NCBI GenBank assembly: GCA_003345595.1
Contig: PRDI01000077.1
Span: forward strand, 1-35,546
Source: Candidatus Thorarchaeota archaeon
GTDB lineage: Archaea > Asgardarchaeota > Thorarchaeia > Thorarchaeales > Thorarchaeaceae
DNA length: 35,546 bases
Direction: 5' to 3'
Numbering within the stretch: position 1 is the stretch's first letter; every line of letters begins with the position of its first letter. The notes beneath the pieces are model-generated. The model was not told the DNA's origin, searched no databases, and was given only the letters and a program-made list of their open reading frames with translations. A program made the translations under genes and the position numbers. Shown here in pieces: positions 27,432-35,546 of the stretch.

Positions 27432-28606
27432 CTAGGTGCTCCAACCCATAGCAAGGTAGTATCCAACATACCATGCACAGGTCAACATGACGGCCATCTT
27501 GATAAAGGCCACTGCAAAGAACCAGATGCCTCTGTTGAATCCAGCTGGGGCTATCGGGAAGGGCTTACAGGCTTTGTAGAGCCTGTACATGAGCCAGCCC
27601 GCCGCAAGATCAGGACCTACGCCCGGGAATAGTAGCATAATCAGACTCAGGAAAGCGGCGGCCGCACCGTATGGATGCATCACATTGTTTTCCACTGCCC
27701 ATTGGATAAATGCCACATACGCTAAGAACAGGACGGTCCATGCGCCCAACATCGCCAAGAGAACCCAAATGCTGGTAAGCATAGCAAGCGGACTGGCAAG
27801 ATTCTCGATTAGCATCAGCCCATACTTCAATGCGAAAGCCAAACCCACTGGCGCCACGAATTTGACTAGGAATTCGGCCCACCCACTGTCCATCTGTTGA
27901 GCCACTGCGCCCATCTCTTCTTCTGTACCCTCGGCCTCTATGCTTGACGCAATGGACAAAGTATGCACCTGAATATCTCCCAGGATATCGACGGAGATCA
28001 GCACATTGAATACGGTCTCGATCACGTCAACGAGTTCTAGGAACAAGCGGGGCCAGAAGTTCACTAGAGCCCAGTATGCCTCCAGGGAAACACTCAGCAA
28101 GCTGAGCGTCTGTTCTCCCTCTTCCTGACCACACTCAGGAGTGGGAGCGGTTCCATCGCTCTCCTCCGGGTCGGGTGCTGTCGGATTGTGCCTTGTCAAG
28201 TCAGCAGCAGCGTTGATGTCATGTACGCGCATGTCGACCAGCGTGTATGAGGAGTACCTCTGCCCGACTGTGACCACGTACTTGATGATGCGTGAGCAGT
28301 TGTTTACTTCTGCTATGGGATAGCCGCTGCCAGAGCTGTCAATGGTCGAGTATATGGCGCCAGCACCTCCCGGCCACGGGTCCCACCAGATCTTCGCTGT
28401 CTTCTTGAAGTTCGTGTAGATGTTGCCTGAGGTCTGAGAGTAGGACGCGCCATTCTGGAAGTAGTACAAGTTGAATCAGCCCCTCTGACTGCCCACCCAA
28501 GCGTCGCCTAGTGCATGAGCAACACGCACTGCTTGTTCTCGTCGAACAGCCCATTGTAGGCTCTTCCCATGGTTGAACTGCACTGCACGAGCTCTCCAAT
28601 CACCGA
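27432..28606 (-). pseudogene. Orphan cassette 1: repeat R1 plus alternative hydrophobic C-terminal tip
   Basis: Open frame 27432-28469; upstream 28470-28606 is a disrupted copy (SVIGELVQCSSTMGRAYNGLFDENKQCVLLMH*) of the main gene; 28227-28304 is identical to 30535-30612. Confidence 0.88.
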
Positions 28607-28614
28607 GGACTCGC

Positions 28615-29019
28615 TCAACCGGCAGAATCGGCAGTTTCCTGAGGAACTGCCCGACTAACGACCAAGCTGGCTATCATCAGAAGGACTGGAACTAGAGGGA
28701 ACCACGCGAGCACATGCATGAACACGGAGAGCATCCCAGAACCCCATAGTGGTATGTCTGACAGCACCGCAGCCAGCGAGATCATCACTGCTGCCCATAC
28801 GACGGTCACGACCGCAAAGGAATCAGGTGCGCCCCGGCTGAGTACGCCGCGAGGCGCACCTGTTGGTCTGCCATCATGCGACCTGAGAGATCCATTATGT
28901 GCTAATATGACGTCACTGAACAGGCGATGGAATCCTATGATGAACGCGAGGTTCGCAAGGATATTAGCCCACGCAAAGATCTCAGTTACCAGTTCGAGTT
29001 GCCACATAGCCACACCCAC
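28615..29019 (-). CDS. Three-TM membrane protein, putative immunity/partner for the truncated tip
   Basis: 134 aa, three hydrophobic segments; 4 nt after the stop at 29024. Confidence 0.65.
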   Translation of the reverse strand: MGVAMWQLELVTEIFAWANILANLAFIIGFHRLFSDVILAHNGSLRSHDGRPTGAPRGVLSRGAPDSFAVVTVVWAAVMISLAAVLSDIPLWGSGMLSVFMHVLAWFPLVPVLLMIASLVVSRAVPQETADSAG

Positions 29020-29023
29020 CTAT

Positions 29024-29350
29024 TCAGAACAGACCCATGCCCAGCATGAATCCGTAAACGATGATAGCAAATCCCACGATCATTTGAATTACCCCGGAAA
29101 CCACGAATCCAACGACTAAGTAGTCCACCGTGGCCCATGGAACGCACCCAGCTGCTAGCACAAATGCATGATAGGCCGCCGATTCCACAAAGGCCATGTT
29201 CAATATTGCGTAAGCAGTGGCATCCATATGGAACCTGAACGCCTCAGGCAAAGCGTCTACCGCCCTATCGACTCATCTATCAATCCAAGCACCTCACCCT
29301 TGGTCCTTGATGCAGTGAAGGCCACAAGGCCCCTAGTGGCTCGAAGCATC
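29024..29350 (-). pseudogene. Truncated hydrophobic tip fragment lacking the repeat
   Basis: 75-aa hydrophobic ORF end (29024-29251) in the tip position between two partner genes; upstream frame is broken. Confidence 0.5.
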
Positions 29351-29354
29351 GCGT

Positions 29355-29762
29355 CTAATTCCCTTTATTGTCGGTAGGACGATCTTGCGGTTCATGTAGC
29401 AGCGCATACTCTTTCAGTGGGCCCTCAGAAACCTTTCGACGAGTCGCCATGACTCCTGCAAGGGCGGTCAGTAGCATCCCGACTGAAACCCCGACCAACA
29501 GAACAACGAAGTCCAGCTGTGGAAATGTGCCCGCCCATCTAGCAGCAGCCAAAAGGATAAGAAAGCACACTACCCCAACGCTGCACCCTAAGCCAGAGAA
29601 CCACAAAACCCACCATTGCTCTTCGTCCGCCATCATGCTCCACGGCTTTTTCCGTGTGCCAATCGCCTCGTAAGCCAGTAAGTAAACCGAGAGGACTGAG
29701 ACTGACCATGACGCAACCAGAAGCAGTAACGAGAGCACCAGAGGATCCATCACTTCTTGCAC
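29355..29762 (-). CDS. Three-TM membrane protein, putative cognate immunity/partner of the full-length protein
   Basis: 135 aa, three TM, directly downstream of 29800; alternative ATG at 29750. Confidence 0.7.
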   Translation of the reverse strand: MQEVMDPLVLSLLLLVASWSVSVLSVYLLAYEAIGTRKKPWSMMADEEQWWVLWFSGLGCSVGVVCFLILLAAARWAGTFPQLDFVVLLVGVSVGMLLTALAGVMATRRKVSEGPLKEYALLHEPQDRPTDNKGN

Positions 29763-29799
29763 TGGGCTTCACCTTCCAAACTTCAGACTGTATGTTGAT

Positions 29800-32700
29800 T
29801 CATGGAACGAAGCGCGTATAGAGAGCAGCCGTGACTAGCGCAAAGCAGGCTATGCATTTAAACACGAAGAGAATCCAGCCACCAGGCAGGATACTCAGTA
29901 GCGCCTCTGTGACATCTTTGCCGGCCAGGATACTGCCGAGTATCACATAGCCGAACGTCAGACAGAATGCCCCGAAGCAGAACACTAGACCAGTGAGCAG
30001 CAAGACCCAGAATCTGAACCAGGGGTCAAAGCCGCTATTCCTTAGAGATGCTTCCAGTATCGTGATAGAGTAGGTGTACAAGATCATCCAGTCGAATCCC
30101 AGAGCAACAGCGAATGGAATCCAGCCCGGATTAGAGTTGGATGCGAAACAGGCTGATGCCCAAAACAATTCGATTAAGTACAGGCCTGCCATTACGACTA
30201 GGTTGTCAATGATCAACTGCATAGCAGCGTTGACGATAGCCGAGTTGTCCAGTGTCTGAATGCTGTTGCCCATGTCGTCAGTAGCAGCGAGCGTTTCGAG
30301 TGTTCTAGAGCCCAGCAGGTCTGACTTTACTTGAACCACCAGTGACGATCCGCTCGGGTGGTACTTCTCCACTCTGGTGTGCAGTTCAGGCCAAGGTATG
30401 GTCCACCAGCTATTCACATGCTGAACCCAGTCCGCGTCGGGCGGATCTGCCGTCTGGCCCACGCCTAGGTCAGTCCCGTCATATATCGCGGGGTCGTGTG
30501 TCGTCACGTCAGCGACAACATTGACGTCATGGATGCGCATGTCGACCAGCGTGTATGAGGAGTACCTCTGCCCGACTGTGACCACGTACTTGATGATGCG
30601 TGAGCAGTTGTTGACCTCTGCTATGGGATATCCGCTGCCAGACCCATCGATGGTCGACCATATGGCGCCGTCACCGCCCTGCCACGGGTCCCACCAGATC
30701 TTCGCCGTCTTCTGGAAGTTGGTGTAGATGTAGCCAGAGGCTTGAGAGTAGGACGCGCCGTCCTCAAAGTAGTACAGGTTGAACCACCCCTTCTGGCTCC
30801 CATACCAGGCGTCGCCCCAGTAGACAAGCATCACACACTCTTTGTTTTCGTCGAACAGCCCCACGTAGGCTTGGCCCATGGTGTAGCTGCTCTGCACGAG
30901 CTCGCCGATAACAGAGAAATCGCTCAGCTGGTAAAGCCTGAACGGCCTGTCCAGCACATGCACGTACTGCGGTCCATGCCAACCTGATATCCCGGACACT
31001 ATCGAGGTCCACTTCATGTAGCTCTGTCCGGATGGGACCTCAAGAACACCCTCCGAAGGAGGGCCATAGGGGAACGTCAGGTCCTTCTGGAACTCATACA
31101 TGTCGTTGCATGCGTCGTGGAACACCGTGTAGTCCGAGTAGGCGTAGCTCAACCTAAGGGAGTAGATTCTTTCATCATGCTCGTTGAGGGAGCCGTAACG
31201 GTAGCTCTGGATCGCCACATACTTGATTATTCTGTTAGTATTGATCTGCGTATAGCAGTAGAGCCAAAGTTCATCCTTTCCCGGAACGTCTGCAAACAGT
31301 CCTTGCAGGGGATCGAACCTTATCTGCACAACTCCAGATACGTCACCAGTGAGCAGGTTCGATTGAAGAGACTTGCTAGTCCCGTCCTCGTTGTAGTAGC
31401 ATGCAGTGAAGACCGTGGCCGCAGTGTCTGTCCAGGAGTCAGCAACATAGAGTAGCACTGCTAGCTTCTTGTTTGAGTCGTACAATGCTACGAACGTCAC
31501 ACCCACCCGTGAGGCTTGGCCACTGTGCACAAGCGAAAGGTTTGCTGAAAAGGAACCGAGGTCCTTCATCTTGAAATAAGACGGCAGAGTCATCACGAAC
31601 GACGGACCATGCCAAGAGGTTCCCGTTGGGATGTTCGTAACAGTCAGGTATGTGCCAGTCGAGCCTATTGAACCGGTTGCTTGTGTATATCCCGGAAGAT
31701 TAGGCCAGCTCGAGTCATACTCGTAGTCGGATCTCCCACAAGAGTCGGTCCACAGACCGCCTGTCCTGCCCGGGTTGCGACCCACCACAGGCTCTGACCA
31801 TATGCCGTCCACCTTCTGCCTAGAAACATAGACACCGCCAGCACCTATCTGGTTCAACGATATCGAATCGACAGAGTCGAGGACACTGCCGCTCGCAGTG
31901 ACGTTCACCCAGACCTGAGTGTAGAGCGAGCCGTCTCCGGAATAGACTACGACACCTGAGTACGTGCCACCACAGAACACCAGTGGGCCATACTCCCAGT
32001 GTCCACGAGGTGCTATGTATATGTAGACCTGACTATAGCTTTCCGCGCCCGGAGGAGAAAGAAAGTCCGGACCGCCATCTGGGATCCATGTCGCCTCTTG
32101 ATAGTAGTTCCTCGTGTAGTTCACGGAGAGAGCCATCAGGGTCCTGAGATAGGGTACCCCATAGATGTCGAAATAGACTTTGTAGTAGTCCACTATTAGG
32201 TCTCTGAGGTCCAGAGGCAGTGCATTGAACCCGTCGGGCCCGGAGAGCTGTACCCATGTGGAGGACCTGAGGACCATGTACTCATCTGTATAGGTGTCAG
32301 AGTAGTGAGCATCTACGTACTCGATCTCGTCAAGAATCACCTGTTCGAAGTCCATGATGTGCACGCTGCAACCTGACTGAACGAGTTCCTTTGCCGTGGT
32401 CAGTTCTGTCGTCCTGTACTGCTCGACCATCTGGGAATTGATGCCGAGCGCAAGCATGACCGCTGAGGCAATCTCGACGTTGGTCACCTCCGCAGGTCTG
32501 ACACCAGGAACTGTGTAGAGTTTCTTCGCTGACTCCTCAATCCCATAACTGATGAGCCTTCTACTCTCACACGCTGCAAACAGGTGAAGGGTCGCTTTCG
32601 AGTCCTCGACTATCCCCGCCATCGCTTTCCATGAAGTGAGACGCGATCCAGTGACTATGCCTTGTGGTCCCCCGTGGGACATGTATATCACGACTGAAGC

Positions 32701-32985
32701 ATCCAGAGACTTCGCCGCACTTGGGTCACAGGTCTTGATCAGAATCAACCTGTCCACGAAGAATGGATCATCTGTTATGAATGAGGACAGTCTTCCCATC
32801 AGTTCTTGTGTAGCCCAGTCAGTGTCTGTATCGCCTGACAGCTGAAGAATGACGACGGTCGGGCCTGCATTTGCAGCATCAGCTTGCCACGCAGTTGAGG
32901 CGACAAGCTGAATCCCAAGAATCGTTGCTACACTTACTGCACACAGAATCACGATTGCTCGTGCTGAACGAACAGCTAGTTTCAT
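29800..32985 (-). CDS. Large exported multidomain protein, putative polymorphic toxin/recognition protein (caspase/CHAT-like domain, two tandem beta-rich domains, variable hydrophobic tip)
   Basis: 1061 aa; N-terminal basic plus hydrophobic signal/anchor; VVIYMSHG (H104) and LFAACES (C139); internal duplication WHGP...RIIKYV; 4-5 hydrophobic helices at the C-terminus; segment 30490-30915 repeated downstream. Confidence 0.8.
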   Translation of the reverse strand: MKLAVRSARAIVILCAVSVATILGIQLVASTAWQADAANAGPTVVILQLSGDTDTDWATQELMGRLSSFITDDPFFVDRLILIKTCDPSAAKSLDASVVIYMSHGGPQGIVTGSRLTSWKAMAGIVEDSKATLHLFAACESRRLISYGIEESAKKLYTVPGVRPAEVTNVEIASAVMLALGINSQMVEQYRTTELTTAKELVQSGCSVHIMDFEQVILDEIEYVDAHYSDTYTDEYMVLRSSTWVQLSGPDGFNALPLDLRDLIVDYYKVYFDIYGVPYLRTLMALSVNYTRNYYQEATWIPDGGPDFLSPPGAESYSQVYIYIAPRGHWEYGPLVFCGGTYSGVVVYSGDGSLYTQVWVNVTASGSVLDSVDSISLNQIGAGGVYVSRQKVDGIWSEPVVGRNPGRTGGLWTDSCGRSDYEYDSSWPNLPGYTQATGSIGSTGTYLTVTNIPTGTSWHGPSFVMTLPSYFKMKDLGSFSANLSLVHSGQASRVGVTFVALYDSNKKLAVLLYVADSWTDTAATVFTACYYNEDGTSKSLQSNLLTGDVSGVVQIRFDPLQGLFADVPGKDELWLYCYTQINTNRIIKYVAIQSYRYGSLNEHDERIYSLRLSYAYSDYTVFHDACNDMYEFQKDLTFPYGPPSEGVLEVPSGQSYMKWTSIVSGISGWHGPQYVHVLDRPFRLYQLSDFSVIGELVQSSYTMGQAYVGLFDENKECVMLVYWGDAWYGSQKGWFNLYYFEDGASYSQASGYIYTNFQKTAKIWWDPWQGGDGAIWSTIDGSGSGYPIAEVNNCSRIIKYVVTVGQRYSSYTLVDMRIHDVNVVADVTTHDPAIYDGTDLGVGQTADPPDADWVQHVNSWWTIPWPELHTRVEKYHPSGSSLVVQVKSDLLGSRTLETLAATDDMGNSIQTLDNSAIVNAAMQLIIDNLVVMAGLYLIELFWASACFASNSNPGWIPFAVALGFDWMILYTYSITILEASLRNSGFDPWFRFWVLLLTGLVFCFGAFCLTFGYVILGSILAGKDVTEALLSILPGGWILFVFKCIACFALVTAALYTRFVP
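30490..30915 (-). repeat. Repeat R0: master copy of the cassette repeat
   Basis: Partial copies at about 28165-28606, 26530-26826, 24983-25213 and 23085-23266, all in the same orientation. Confidence 0.95.
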
Positions 32986-33459
32986 TTACCCTACCCCGGT
33001 TGCGGCTCCGCGCAGACCTCCCTGCCTCCGGGCCCCACAGCCAACTGAGAACGATTGTGCACGCCGGGGATATAAGGAACGGGACATCGGGAGTGCCTGC
33101 TAATGGCCACTTGAGGCCTGCATGGCCGATTTCCTTGGCAATCTTTTCCCGACTATCAGAATTCGTTAGAGCCGGGGCATAGGAAGGTAATTTTCCCATC
33201 TAAAAAGTTAACAAACGGACAGGGGGCAGGCTGGTATCCACAAGACGCTCAGAATGCCACTACGGTGCGCCTGGAGAGCACAGTGGGCTCGAATGGTTGA
33301 TGCATTGTCAATTGAGATACCACCGACCATGAGAGTGATTTGGCGCAGATTCTGCTTCTGAGGGTCGAAGAGAGGCAAGCCAAGAAGTCCGGTTGAGATA
33401 GGGGCTTTGGCACTAGGTTCTTTGTCAAGCCCCTATCTGAGGAGCTATGAGGGCAGGGC

Positions 33460-34830
33460 TCAGGTCGTCGCCTGTACCTTTGTGGTTTCGGCTTTCTTCG
33501 CCTTCAGAGCGTCGAAGTCAGGGTCGATGTTGATATACAGTAGGATGATTGCCGCTATGCCGAGGAAAGGCGCGAAGATCGGACCCCACAGCATGAGTCC
33601 TAGAGTGTTGAAACCTGTCGTTGCCACTGAGTAGTCCATGACTAATCCAAGCAGCAGAGCCGAGCCAGCCTGGAACAGGTTGAGAGGTACGCCAATGAAA
33701 CCAGTGTACATCCCGGAGCGGCTCTGCCCTGTCAGAAGCTCATCCGCCTGTGCGATGTCAGCCGGAACAATATAGGACATCAGGTAGTAGACCGCCATAC
33801 ATGCAGCCAGAGGAATGAAGAACATGATGGCCACAACCACGTTCGGAATGGCAGGTATCAAGCGGGAGATGAAAGCCGTCGCGGGCAGCAGGAAACCCAG
33901 AATCAGCATCGAGCCGATCATGGCTTTTCCCTTGCCAATCTTCTTGATCAGCTTGACCCAAAGATAGAGGAAGACCATTATTGACGCCAGTAGAGTAATG
34001 GCCGGGGGCAGCAGGAGGTCAAGGGTTTTGAGTAGCAGCACTTCTTGCGAGAAGCCCAGTATCTGAGCAGTGATGGCTGAAAATGAGAACGACAAGAAAC
34101 CGACGGCAAACATCCAGCCAACATAGGTACGATTCCTCAGGACTGTCATGGTTTCGGCGACAACGCTTCTCTTGGGGATTACTATGTCGGGCCTCTCATG
34201 GATCCAGATTATCGAAGGCAGATAGAACAGAACAGTGATAATCGAAATAGCAAGGACGAATATCAGACCGAAGTATCTCAGACCCGGCGGATCTGGAGGC
34301 TTGTTGAATAGCAGAGTCGTCATCAAGCCTGCCACAATGCCCAGTCCGTTTGCAATCCAGTTGGCTGTATTCTGCATGCTTGAAACCAAGGGTCGCTCAT
34401 CCTCGTCAGTGATCTCGGGCAGCCAGGCCTGGAACGCAGTCAGCAAAAAAGCGTAGAAGAACTTGAATGAACAAAGGCTTGTGACGTAATAGGCAAAGAC
34501 TAGCATCTCAAGTGCTGGATTCGTCGTGTCCAGGAACCAATTCGGGACAAACAGGAGAAAACCTGTTATAGCTAGACCCGGAGCTCCGACGATCACAAAG
34601 GGCTTCCTTCGACCCCATCGAGTATGAACCCTATCGCTCCAGTAACCAGTGAGCCAGTGGGTCAGGCCAATGACTACGTATGAGAGTGCAAGGGCAACTC
34701 CTGCAAGGAGCCAGTTTAGTTCAAAAAAGGTCCCGTAGATCCAGAAGGAAGTTAGGCCTGTCAAGGTCAGAAGGAAGGACGACCCGAACCGACCCATTCC
34801 ATAAGCAACCTTCTTGTAAAACGGCAGCAT
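33460..34830 (-). CDS. MFS transporter, GPH/MelB-like (MFS_2)
   Basis: KKVAYGMG, GYWSDRVHTRWGRRKPF, ADIAQADELLTGQSRSGMYTG; about 12 TM. Confidence 0.9.
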   Translation of the reverse strand: MLPFYKKVAYGMGRFGSSFLLTLTGLTSFWIYGTFFELNWLLAGVALALSYVVIGLTHWLTGYWSDRVHTRWGRRKPFVIVGAPGLAITGFLLFVPNWFLDTTNPALEMLVFAYYVTSLCSFKFFYAFLLTAFQAWLPEITDEDERPLVSSMQNTANWIANGLGIVAGLMTTLLFNKPPDPPGLRYFGLIFVLAISIITVLFYLPSIIWIHERPDIVIPKRSVVAETMTVLRNRTYVGWMFAVGFLSFSFSAITAQILGFSQEVLLLKTLDLLLPPAITLLASIMVFLYLWVKLIKKIGKGKAMIGSMLILGFLLPATAFISRLIPAIPNVVVAIMFFIPLAACMAVYYLMSYIVPADIAQADELLTGQSRSGMYTGFIGVPLNLFQAGSALLLGLVMDYSVATTGFNTLGLMLWGPIFAPFLGIAAIILLYINIDPDFDALKAKKAETTKVQATT

Positions 34831-35164
34831 CAGTTCACAACCACCAATCCAGCCCTACGACGGATTCTGAATCCTAGACGGATTGGGTTAGCCGGCATTT
34901 AAGGGATACGCCAGACAACTCGTAGTCAGATCAATGTGGAAACCGGGCATGCAAGGAACTTGACACCCGTTCGACAGCCTGCGAACTTCGAGAAAAGGGA
35001 GGCCATGGGACACTTGAGGTTACATGAAACATAACGTTCTCTGAAGTGAAACCGAAACATGGCGATTTCTGTGTTCTCGCGGTCCCGGTGACAAGGATGA
35101 TGGTCGCTTCAATGGGCTTATAGGAGGTCCGACTAGGCCGGTCATTCCATATACGCTAGGAGAG

Positions 35165-35546
35165 ATGATGCCAATAGTCGAGGAATCACAGGAAGCCGAG
35201 GTCGTAGATACTAAGAGACCGATGCGAGCTTTCACCGTGATGTGGACAGGCCAAGCGGCATCTCTGTTTGGTAGTGGCTTGGTTAGATTCGCGCTCGTCT
35301 GGTGGCTCACTCTGACAACGGGGTCTGCTACAGTACTAGCTCTTGCTACCATCATGGCACTGGTGCCTCAGATTCTCCTGACTCCTATAGCAGGTGCGTA
35401 TGTAGACCGCTGGAACCGGCGGATTGTAATGATGGTCGCAGATTCTGCGATTGCCGCTTCGATTGGCGTACTGGCTTTGATCTACCTTCTCGGTCTGGCG
35501 GAGGTGTGGCACATCTATCTCATCATGTTTGTTGGCGAGTGTTTTG
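35165..35546 (+). CDS. MFS transporter, DHA3/MefA-like; truncated by the window end
   Basis: Hand translation: MMPIVEESQE...RAFTVMWTGQAASLFGSGLVRFALVWWLTLTTGSATVLA...PIAGAYVDRWNRRIVMMVAD. Confidence 0.88.
   Translation, partial: MMPIVEESQEAEVVDTKRPMRAFTVMWTGQAASLFGSGLVRFALVWWLTLTTGSATVLALATIMALVPQILLTPIAGAYVDRWNRRIVMMVADSAIAASIGVLALIYLLGLAEVWHIYLIMFVGECF

Noticed and set aside
23085-28606. Selenocysteine or pyrrolysine recoding of in-frame TGA/TAG codons (also the TAG at 2043)
   Set aside because: The stops replace W, S or Y codons of the intact copy and co-occur with frameshifts and truncations, which fits decay.
23085-30915. CRISPR array or diversity-generating retroelement as the explanation for the repeats
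   Set aside because: Repeats are 180-440 bp, protein-coding and kb-spaced; differences are not adenine-specific; no cas or reverse transcriptase gene is in the window.
23085-32985. Integron-like or IS-driven cassette array
   Set aside because: No integrase or transposase and no attC-like or terminal inverted repeats were seen; the shared sequence is coding homology.
32879-33460. ORFs or ncRNA upstream of the large exported gene; TATA-like elements near 33070 and 33205
   Set aside because: No recognisable protein or RNA structure, and I cannot choose between the promoter candidates from sequence alone.
35020-35355. 111-aa minus-strand ORF
   Set aside because: Antisense to the plus-strand MFS gene starting at 35165.

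Overview
Archaeal genomic window of moderate GC, most likely from an Asgard archaeon (Thorarchaeia-like). This is inferred from GGTGA/GGAG ribosome-binding sites, a C-terminally anchored ABC binding protein, a PCI-like winged-helix membrane protein and the gene mix. Most of the window is metabolic, transport and signalling genes: VAO-family FAD oxidoreductase plus SCP2 protein, a giant GNAT, a membrane histidine kinase, a molybdopterin oxidoreductase, an ArsB/NhaD-type transporter, M29 aminopeptidase, TauE, GNAT, family-5 SBP, GyrI-like, SDR, PhzF and two MFS transporters. Two accessory loci stand out. (1) 23.1-33.0 kb, minus strand: a polymorphic-toxin-like array. A 1061-aa exported protein (caspase/CHAT-like His-Cys motifs, two tandem beta-rich domains, hydrophobic C-terminal tip) is followed by a small membrane protein and then by orphan 'conserved repeat + alternative tip + cognate membrane protein' cassettes that show signs of recombination and decay. 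(2) 2.4-3.2 kb: an AT-richer islet with a circular-bacteriocin-like precursor next to a SpoIIM/DUF95-like membrane protein, flanked by gene remnants. All family assignments are motif recognition by eye; no searches were run.
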